From positions 77,040 to 141,039 of the forward strand of contig CAVPAX010000002.1 in the NCBI GenBank assembly GCA_963701715.1: a stretch of DNA of 64,000 nucleotides, given 5' to 3'. The notes under the pieces are model-generated. The model searched no databases and was not told the DNA's origin. It saw only the letters and a program-made list of their open reading frames with translations. The position numbers and the translations under genes were made by a program. Positions 53,401 to 60,925 of this stretch are shown here, piece after piece. How positions within the stretch are numbered: the first letter of the stretch is position 1; every line of letters starts with the position of its first letter. This DNA is from an uncultured beta proteobacterium (lineage in GTDB: Bacteria; Pseudomonadota; Gammaproteobacteria; Burkholderiales; Methylophilaceae).

Positions 53401-55474
53401 CCGTGTGATTCATCGCCGTTCCCTTGAAGCTGGTGGTAGACTTATGGCAAGTCTCACAGGCCGCAGTGGTGACAATATGAGTGGTAGGTTTGCCTTTGGC
53501 TTTGGTGCCGTTATGACAGCTGGCACAGCCACTGGTGATGCCGGTATGGTTCATCGCCGCACCTTTGAAGCTGGTGGTAGACTTATGGCAAGTCTCACAG
53601 GCCGCAGTGGTGACAATATGGGTGGTAGGTTTGCCTTTGGCTTTGGTGCCGTTATGACAGCTGGCACAGCCACTGGTGATGCCGGTATGGTTCATCGCCG
53701 CACCTTTGAAGCTGGTGGTTGAGCTATGGCAGCTCTCACAGGCCGCGGTGGTGGCAATATGAGTGGTAGGTTTGCCTTTGGCTTTGGTGCCGTTATGACA
53801 GCTGGCACAGCCACTGGTGATGCCGGTATGGTTCATCGCCGCACCTTTGAAGCTGGTGGTTGAGCTATGGCAGCTCTCACAGGCCGCGGTGGTGGCAATA
53901 TGCGTCGCAGATTTAGCCTTCACATTAGCAAAGTTACCACCATGGCAAGTCGCACAACTAGAGGTAATGCCGGTATGGTTCATCGTCGCAGGCTTGAAGG
54001 CAGTGGTCGATTTGTGACAGGTCTCACAAGCAGCAGTCGACGGTATATGAGTTGTTGGCAACCCTTTAGCGGTCGTGCCGTTATGACAGCTCGCACAGCC
54101 ACTGGTGATGCCGGTGTGGTTCATCGCCGTTCCCTTGAAGCTGGTGGTGGACTTATGGCAAGTCTCACAGGCTGCGGTGGTGACAATGTGGCTGGTAGGT
54201 TTGCCCAATGTCGTCGTACCGTTATGGCAAGAAGCACAACCGGTGGTGATGCCGGTGTGGTTCATCGCTGCACCACCTTTGAAGCTGGCGGTCGATTTAT
54301 GGCAAGTCTCACAGGCCGCAGTGGTGGCAATGTGCGTTGTCGGTTTCGATTTCACATTGGCGAAGTTACCACCATGGCAAGAGGCGCAACCGGTGGTGAT
54401 ACCGGTGTGGTTCATTACCGCACCTTTGAAGCTGGCGGTTGATGTATGACAGCTTTCACATTTAGCGGTCGTTGGAATATGTGTAGCTGTTTTACCTTTC
54501 GCCGTCGTACCGTTATGGCAGCTCGCACAACCGGTGGTAACACCCGTGTGATTCATCGCCGTTCCCTTGAAGCTGGTGGTAGACTTATGGCAAGTCTCAC
54601 AGGCCGCAGTGGTGACAATATGAGTGGTAGGTTTGCCTTTGGCTTTGGTGCCGTTATGACAGCTGGCACAGCCACTGGTGATGCCGGTATGGTTCATCGC
54701 CGCACCTTTGAAGCTGGTGGTAGACTTATGGCAAGTCTCACAGGCCGCAGTGGTGACAATATGGGTGGTAGGTTTGCCTTTGGCTTTGGTGCCGTTATGA
54801 CAGCTCGCACAGCCTGTAATTATACCAACGTGGTCAAATTTAACCCCGCCCTTAAATGAACTGGTAGAGCTATGGCAAGTTTCGCACGCAGCACTTGTTG
54901 TAATATGGTTGAGTGATTTGCCTTTGGCCTTCGTGCCATTGTGGCAACTGGCACAACCGCTAGTAATCCCCATGTGATCAAAACCAGCTGCAGGAATCCA
55001 TCCAGTAGTTTTATGGCAGGTCTCGCAGCCAGATGAAGTGGATAAATGATTTGCTGGTTTTCCAGGGGCCGAGCTACCGTTATGGCAATTTGCACATGAC
55101 GCACCTTGCATTATCCCTGAATGGCTAAATACTGCTGGCTTCCATGAAGGTGATATGTGACAGGTTTCACATTTATCAGTGGTTGGGATATGTGAAGCAG
55201 GCTTGGCAGTTGCATTCATGCGGTTGCCATTTACGTGACAACTCGAACATTGCTTTGGCGTACCTTTAAAAATTCCATTGATGTGACAAGTTTCACACCT
55301 TGCAACGGCATGCTGCCCGGTTAGAGCGAAGCCGGTTTTAGAGTGGTCGAATTTAAACCCACCTTTAATGGTTTTTGTTGCAGCTACAGCGGAGCTCGCC
55401 AATACAATAGAAATGCAGCATGCTAATAAGAATGCTGGGAATTGTCTCCATTTAAATTGCATACCGGCCGTCAT
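50440..55474 (-). CDS. Giant repeat-built multiheme c-type cytochrome (~1677 aa, 69 CxxCH), split by a +1 frameshift at ~52581
   Basis: ORF 52508-55474 has a Sec signal peptide and 39 CxxCH; ORF 50440-52671 continues the same repeat with 30 CxxCH; removing one base at 52581/52582 fuses them. Confidence 0.9.
50560..54960. repeat. Nested coding tandem repeat array: ~141-bp unit with 282-bp and 1143-bp higher-order periods
   Basis: 47-aa di-heme unit (MNHTGITxGCASCHNGTxAKGKPxTHIxTTAACETCHKSTTxF); identical shadow ORFs recur at offsets of exactly 1143 bp (52724/53867, 52962/54105) and near-identical ones at 282 bp (51736/52018). Confidence 0.95.
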
Positions 55475-55522
55475 TTATAAACCGACTCCAAACATCACAA
55501 ATTAGCACCCAACAACTAAAAT

Positions 55523-55577
55523 GTGGGAAATTTATACACGATTTACGGATTTTATGTGGGAAATAATGATAAGTCAA
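55523..55577 (-). promoter_or_regulatory. sigma70-type promoter of the giant cytochrome gene with downstream operator
   Basis: Minus strand TTGACT(55577-72)-17 nt-TAAAAT(55554-49); GTGGGAAATTTATACAC at 55523-55539; half-site TTTCCCACA in the spacer. Confidence 0.65.
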
Positions 55578-55662
55578 ACTGTATTTATATAATATTATAT
55601 GGAATTTAAAACATATATTTTTTAGTTATAAGTTTTAAGTTCACAAAAACCATTACAGCTTC

Positions 55663-57639
55663 TTATCTACCTACACCGGCATTTACCTTTATTTCTCTAA
55701 AGTTTGTATTGACATGGCATCGATCGCATTGCGGGCCAAAACTACCACTATGCACGTCATCACCTGCGTGACAGCTGTAACAAGTAGTGCTTTGTTTAAC
55801 TTTGCCAGTAAACGTAGCCTTATGGCAATCCAAGCATGCTACGTCCTTGTGGCCGCCATCAAGCTTAAATTTAGTGCGCTTGTCGTGGTTGTAATCCCAC
55901 ACCGCCCAATCCCTCGCGTTGTGGCAATCTTCACATAATGTGCCCAGTTGCTTTTTATGCTTGTCGTCTTTTTGGTGGCAAGAATAACAATCCGACTTGG
56001 CTTCTTTAAATTTGCCGGTCAAATGACATTTCTTACACTCAACCAGACCGTGTTTGCCAAGCAATGGAAACTTAGTCTTGTTGTGATCAAAGTCTTTTAC
56101 TTTCCACGTGTTCTCAGTATGGCAATCCTCGCACTTTTTACCCTCAGAACCTTTATGCACGTCATCACGCTCGTGACAAGAATAGCATGTAGCCAGTGGC
56201 GATAGTTTAGAAGGAGCTGGTGGCGGTTTGTGGCAAGTCTCACACTTGGTTTTAATGTGCTTACCTTTTAATGGGTATTTAGTATCTTTCGTGTGATCGA
56301 AGCTGGTGGTTCTTTTCCAATCCAAGTCGTTATGACACTTCTCGCAACTTACGCCGAACACAGATTTATGTGGATCATCCTTTTGGTGGCAATCGTTACA
56401 ACCAGTTTTAAGTTTTTCTTCTAAACCGTTTTTATGGCAGCTCTCGCATTTGGCAGGTTTATGCTTACCTCTGAGCGGGAACTTGGTTTTATCATGGTCG
56501 AAATTATCTTTCTTCCAATCCTTAGCGTTATGACAATCCCCGCACTTCTCACCAAACTTGCCCTTATGAGCATCATCTTTTTTGTGGCACGAATAGCAAT
56601 CCATCGGAATCTTTTCATACTTCAGGCCACCCGTTGTATGACAAGCTTCACACTTGGCTGATTTATGTTTATCTTTAAGTGCGAAACGCGTGTCTTTATC
56701 GTGGTTAAACGTAGACGTAGACCAACTGCGCTCATGGTGACAATCCGCGCAATTTTCACCCAATGTGCCATTATGCTTATCGTCTGCACGATGGCAACCG
56801 ATACAAGTTTTGGGTAATTTTTGCCCTGCTGACTTATGGCAGCTCTGGCATTTAGCGCCATCATGCTTGCCCAGCAAGGCAAACTTCCCATCAACCTTAT
56901 GATCGAACGTTGACTCTTTCCAGTTCTTATCCGTATGGCAATCAGCACATTTCAGACCAAATACACCCTTATGGTCATCATCCTTCTTGTGACATGAGTA
57001 ACAATCTTTTGGCGTTTGTTTGAATAAATTATCTTTGTGGCAGTCTTTACATGCCACCTTGGTCTCGGCATGTGCGCCGCGGAGCTTAAAGTCACTTTTG
57101 TCGTGATCAAACTCTATATCTTTCCAGTTCTTCTCGACGTGGCAATCTATACACTTCTCGCCCAATGACCCTTTGTGTTTATCATCTTTTTTATGACAGC
57201 CAATACATGTTAATGGCGCATCTCTATATTTAGCCTTGGGCTTGTGGCAATCTTTACACCCAACCTTCTCACCCAAGTGCCCGCCCTTTAACTGAAAGTC
57301 GGTTTGGGTATGCTTAAAGTTTTTTTCGTCTAAATTGACTATATTTGCACTACGTCCCTTGTGCTCTGTATGACACTCGGCACAACTCCGCCCTTCTTTT
57401 AGCCTGCCATGAAATCCTTTTTTATCGGCAACGTCTTTGTTAATGTCTTTATGACAATCTTTACATAGCTGGCTTTGCCCTTCTTTGTCGAATTTTTTAT
57501 GGCATTTCTGGCAATTATCCTCCCACTTCAGATGCCCCTGAATCACCTTGCCCGGCATCATCACGCTTTCAAGCGTATCTGCGCCAGCAGCGAATGACAG
57601 CAAAAAACTCAGAATAAATAAACTAAAAAAACGTAGCAT
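55663..57639 (-). CDS. 27-heme periplasmic c-type cytochrome (nine tri-heme repeats)
   Basis: Signal peptide MLRFFSLFILSFLLSFAAGA; 27 CxxCH counted; repeating FDH..T.F.L.GKH..CxxCH..CxxCH..DD.H.G..G..CxxCH; Lys/Asp-rich. Confidence 0.93.
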   Translation of the reverse strand: MLRFFSLFILSFLLSFAAGADTLESVMMPGKVIQGHLKWEDNCQKCHKKFDKEGQSQLCKDCHKDINKDVADKKGFHGRLKEGRSCAECHTEHKGRSANIVNLDEKNFKHTQTDFQLKGGHLGEKVGCKDCHKPKAKYRDAPLTCIGCHKKDDKHKGSLGEKCIDCHVEKNWKDIEFDHDKSDFKLRGAHAETKVACKDCHKDNLFKQTPKDCYSCHKKDDDHKGVFGLKCADCHTDKNWKESTFDHKVDGKFALLGKHDGAKCQSCHKSAGQKLPKTCIGCHRADDKHNGTLGENCADCHHERSWSTSTFNHDKDTRFALKDKHKSAKCEACHTTGGLKYEKIPMDCYSCHKKDDAHKGKFGEKCGDCHNAKDWKKDNFDHDKTKFPLRGKHKPAKCESCHKNGLEEKLKTGCNDCHQKDDPHKSVFGVSCEKCHNDLDWKRTTSFDHTKDTKYPLKGKHIKTKCETCHKPPPAPSKLSPLATCYSCHERDDVHKGSEGKKCEDCHTENTWKVKDFDHNKTKFPLLGKHGLVECKKCHLTGKFKEAKSDCYSCHQKDDKHKKQLGTLCEDCHNARDWAVWDYNHDKRTKFKLDGGHKDVACLDCHKATFTGKVKQSTTCYSCHAGDDVHSGSFGPQCDRCHVNTNFREIKVNAGVGR

Positions 57640-57650
57640 ATGATTGTCTG

Positions 57651-58472
57651 TCAGTACATGTGCACCCAAATAACATGGAATACAGCCGTAGCTACCATCA
57701 TATACATCAAAGGTATATGCAAAATGTGCCATGCGGAGAATATCTGCTCGAATTTTTTGAATTGAGCTACCGTTTGAATTTGTATTAAATACCTACTGAC
57801 CAAGTTAGAAGCTTCTTTTGCAAGATCTTGTTTCCCTGGTCCCAGCTTCAAATATATGTAGCGCTTACAGCGCCATGCAAGCAACATGCGCCGTACATCA
57901 AAACTGAGGAATAATAAGACGCCTGCAAAAAATCCGCGTTTTTTCTCCAAAGCTTCATATTCGAAATTTTTGATTTTCTTTTCCACTTTAGGAAAAAAAT
58001 GTAGTTTTGACTTTACGTCCCCTGAACTGCCAGCCATTTCTTCATAAGCTTCCTTTAGGGTAGAGCGACTACCATAAAGCCCTCGATGAATTCGGGTGTA
58101 AACCAATCTGCCAACCAAGCCACTGCCTGCCACCAATAGCATGCAATATAGGGCCACAGTGGCATTAATTGACGCTGTGCGAAACGTAGTATGAAACAAA
58201 ACCAAGGTCGGACCTAACACTCCCAACATCATATGAATACGGAACCAATGCTTAAGTTTGCCTAATCCTTGCATAAACTTAAGATGCTTGCGCATGGAGT
58301 AAAGCAACAAGGTCAGCATCATCAAACCACCCACCAGCCCCAGGTTGTAACCCAGCCCCTTGCCAGGCTTATAGTAGTTACCTTGAGCCACCTTCCACCC
58401 AAGCCACACAAGCACAATCAACGATGTTAATATAGCAACCCGATTTAGCAGATATCCTATCTTGCCTAGCAC
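57651..58472 (-). CDS. Inner-membrane protein, putative di-heme b electron carrier (PCC3 IMP-like)
   Basis: About five hydrophobic helices; two His pairs 14 residues apart (HMMLGVLGPTLVLFH; HIPLMYMMVATAVFH). Confidence 0.78.
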   Translation of the reverse strand: MLGKIGYLLNRVAILTSLIVLVWLGWKVAQGNYYKPGKGLGYNLGLVGGLMMLTLLLYSMRKHLKFMQGLGKLKHWFRIHMMLGVLGPTLVLFHTTFRTASINATVALYCMLLVAGSGLVGRLVYTRIHRGLYGSRSTLKEAYEEMAGSSGDVKSKLHFFPKVEKKIKNFEYEALEKKRGFFAGVLLFLSFDVRRMLLAWRCKRYIYLKLGPGKQDLAKEASNLVSRYLIQIQTVAQFKKFEQIFSAWHILHIPLMYMMVATAVFHVIWVHMY

Positions 58473-58578
58473 TGCAATTCCTTAACACCATGTTTCATCT
58501 TTTTTAAATTGGCTAATGAGCGCATCATATGATCCCTTATAGACTTATTTTTTGGAAGCAACCATTAAACTCTACAAA

Positions 58579-58607
58579 TTGACGTGTGTAATTTTCTCAC
58601 ATATTAT
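58579..58607 (+). promoter_or_regulatory. sigma70-type promoter of the oxidoreductase operon with operator in the spacer
   Basis: TTGACG-17 nt-TATTAT; GTGTGTAATTTTCTCAC at 58584-58600 fills the spacer. Confidence 0.65.
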
Positions 58608-58700
58608 GTACCATTGTAATCGATGATATTATAAATTGGTCAAATTGAGATAATGATTTTTAATTAAATTGAAGACTGTTATTCTCTAGCCATATTGAAT

Positions 58701-60005
58701 ATGCCAAATACAACCTTACTTATTTACCTCACGCCGTTCCTGCTAATCCTGGCCTTTTACGTTACCCGCCAAAAGCAAATTAATCGACGTGGCCGTGCGC
58801 GCTTACATGAAGCAAAAGAAGCTGGCCTTACCGAGCCTGCATCAATACACCCGCATATTGACCTAAGTCGCTGTTGCGGCTCTGGCGCCTGTGTAAAGGC
58901 ATGCCCAGAAAAAGCTCTCAGTATAGTTAAAGGCAAAGCCATGCTTACCGACCCAACGCACTGCATTGGTCATGGCGCTTGTTTGGCGGCATGTCCTGTA
59001 GAAGCTATAGAATTAGTATTTGGTACTGAAAAGCGCGGCATGGACATTCCCTACGTTTCCCCTTCTTTCGAAACCAATGTTTCCAATATCTTTATCGCTG
59101 GTGAACTTGGTGGTATGGGGTTGATCCGCAAGGCCGCTGAACAAGGAAAACAAGCCATTGATTCTATTCTGAAAAAAAAGAATGAAGGCAATGAATATGA
59201 CGTAGTCATCATTGGTGCTGGCCCTGCAGGACTTTCAGCATCACTTGCCGCCAAAGAGCATCAGCTTAAGTGCATCACTATAGAGCAAGAAGACTCTCTT
59301 GGAGGCGCTATTTATAAATACCCTCGTAATAAAGTCGCAATGACGCAACCCGTTATGCTACCTATTGTCGGCAAGGTAGAAATGTACGATATCAGCAAAG
59401 AAGAGTTGCTAGGATTTTGGCAACGTGTATTACGCGACACAAAACTGAAGGTCAATTTTAATGAGCGCATGGAAACAATTGCCAAAACAGCTATTGGCTA
59501 CGAGGTTAAAACATCTAAAGCTACCTACCAAACTGCCAATGTATTACTTGCTATTGGTCGCCAAGGAACGCCACGTAAATTAGAAGTTCCCGGCGAGGAG
59601 CAAGCCAAAGTAGTTTACCGGTTAACTGACCCTGAACAATATCGCGGGCAGCATGTATTAATCGTAGGCGGCGGCGATAGTGCACTCGAAGCTGCAATCA
59701 CTATCTCCGAGCAGCCAGGCACTACAGTCACACTTTCTTATCGTAGCGAAGCCTTTGGCCGTGTGAAACCAAAAAACAGAGAGCGCCTACAACATGCGGA
59801 GGCTGTAAAGCGACTCATGGTACTACTCAAATCAAACATCAAAGAAATACGTTCAGACACAGTACAAATTGAACTGGCTAATAGCGAAATGATCGAAATT
59901 CCAAATGATGCCGTTATCATTTGTGCTGGCGGCGTATTACCCACACCACTTCTAAAGGAAATTGGAGTCATGGTCGAAACTCATTATGGTAAGGCTGCCG
60001 CATGA
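58701..60005 (+). CDS. Membrane-anchored ferredoxin-domain + FAD/NAD(P)H oxidoreductase (TrxR/FNR fold)
   Basis: N-terminal TM; CCGSGACVKACP and CIGHGACLAACP; IIGAGPAG; VGGGDSALE; SYR; no TrxR CxxC. Confidence 0.85.
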   Translation: MPNTTLLIYLTPFLLILAFYVTRQKQINRRGRARLHEAKEAGLTEPASIHPHIDLSRCCGSGACVKACPEKALSIVKGKAMLTDPTHCIGHGACLAACPVEAIELVFGTEKRGMDIPYVSPSFETNVSNIFIAGELGGMGLIRKAAEQGKQAIDSILKKKNEGNEYDVVIIGAGPAGLSASLAAKEHQLKCITIEQEDSLGGAIYKYPRNKVAMTQPVMLPIVGKVEMYDISKEELLGFWQRVLRDTKLKVNFNERMETIAKTAIGYEVKTSKATYQTANVLLAIGRQGTPRKLEVPGEEQAKVVYRLTDPEQYRGQHVLIVGGGDSALEAAITISEQPGTTVTLSYRSEAFGRVKPKNRERLQHAEAVKRLMVLLKSNIKEIRSDTVQIELANSEMIEIPNDAVIICAGGVLPTPLLKEIGVMVETHYGKAAA

Positions 60006-60057
60006 CATATAATTTTCTACGGAAATTTATTAGCAGAATATAATTAACTCAACTGAA

Positions 60058-60915
60058 ATGAACATACATCTCGCCAACGCTTCAGACAAGACCAAAGCTG
60101 CGCTGCACAAAACTCTGCGGAAAGTGTTGCGCCCCTTGGTGCGTCTGATGCTATCAAACGGCATTAACTACACTATGGTGCTGGAGGATTTAAAGCGTGT
60201 ATTTGTAAGCGTGGCTGAAGAAGAGTTCAGACTCAATGGCAAAGCTCAAACAAATAGCCGGATCACCTTGTTGACCGGGGTTCATCGTAAAGATGTGCAT
60301 CGCATTCTTAGTGAAGAAACTGAGCCTCCTGAGCCGCCACCATCATTAGGTGCTCAAATTATCGGATTATGGCTAGGTAATAAGGAATATCTAGATTCTT
60401 CTGGCCAACCTTTGGCTTTACCAAGGCTAGCCAGTCATGGTGCTGTATCGTTTGAGTCATTAGTGGCCAGCGTCAGCAAAGATTTTCGTTCACGGCCCGT
60501 ACTAGATGAATGGCTAAGGCTAGGCTTTGTTAGTCTAGACAACAACGATTACGTGCATTTGAACATTCAGGCATTTATTCCAAACCTTGATTTACAAGAA
60601 AAATTAGCTTTTTTTGGCATGAATGTGCACGATCACATGGCGGCAGCGGAGAGCAATTTGAATAGTTTGAACAATCCTATGCTAGAACGTTGTGTTTACT
60701 ATGATGGCCTAACCACTGAAAATATAGAAATATTGCATCAATTTGCCAAACAAAGTGGCATGACTGCTATTAAAACGGTAAATCGTCGTGCGGCGGCACT
60801 TAAGGCTGCACAAACGGAAACGACTGCACGGAGGCAATCTGATAAGGCAACTCAAAGAATGAATTTTGGTGTGTATTTTTACCATACTGATGATGATAAA
60901 AATAAGCCTTCATAA
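60058..60915 (+). CDS. DUF6502-like protein with N-terminal HTH (candidate regulator)
   Basis: LRPLVRLML..GI, SRITLLTGVHRKDVHRIL, FESLV.SVSKD.R.RPVLDEW.RLG, HDH.AAA..N, ERCVYYD. Confidence 0.7.
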   Translation: MNIHLANASDKTKAALHKTLRKVLRPLVRLMLSNGINYTMVLEDLKRVFVSVAEEEFRLNGKAQTNSRITLLTGVHRKDVHRILSEETEPPEPPPSLGAQIIGLWLGNKEYLDSSGQPLALPRLASHGAVSFESLVASVSKDFRSRPVLDEWLRLGFVSLDNNDYVHLNIQAFIPNLDLQEKLAFFGMNVHDHMAAAESNLNSLNNPMLERCVYYDGLTTENIEILHQFAKQSGMTAIKTVNRRAAALKAAQTETTARRQSDKATQRMNFGVYFYHTDDDKNKPS

Positions 60916-60925
60916 GGTCTGCTAA

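Noticed and set aside
50738-54859. Many plus-strand ORFs (e.g. 52724-53299, 53867-54442) within the cytochrome
   Set aside because: Antisense shadows of the repetitive coding strand; they recur with the repeat period
50560-54960. Regular repeat array that might be a CRISPR or a DGR template/variable pair
   Set aside because: Repeats are contiguous, in-frame protein-coding units with no unique spacers; there are no cas or reverse transcriptase genes in the window
57640-57732. 31-aa N-terminal extension of the 27-heme cytochrome in the ORF track
   Set aside because: Overlaps the upstream gene; the signal peptide starts at ATG 57639
60004-60020. Further weak matches to the GTG-N11-CAC motif (here and at 48095-48111)
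   Set aside because: Only one half-site matches; not distinguishable from AT-rich background without a computed matrix
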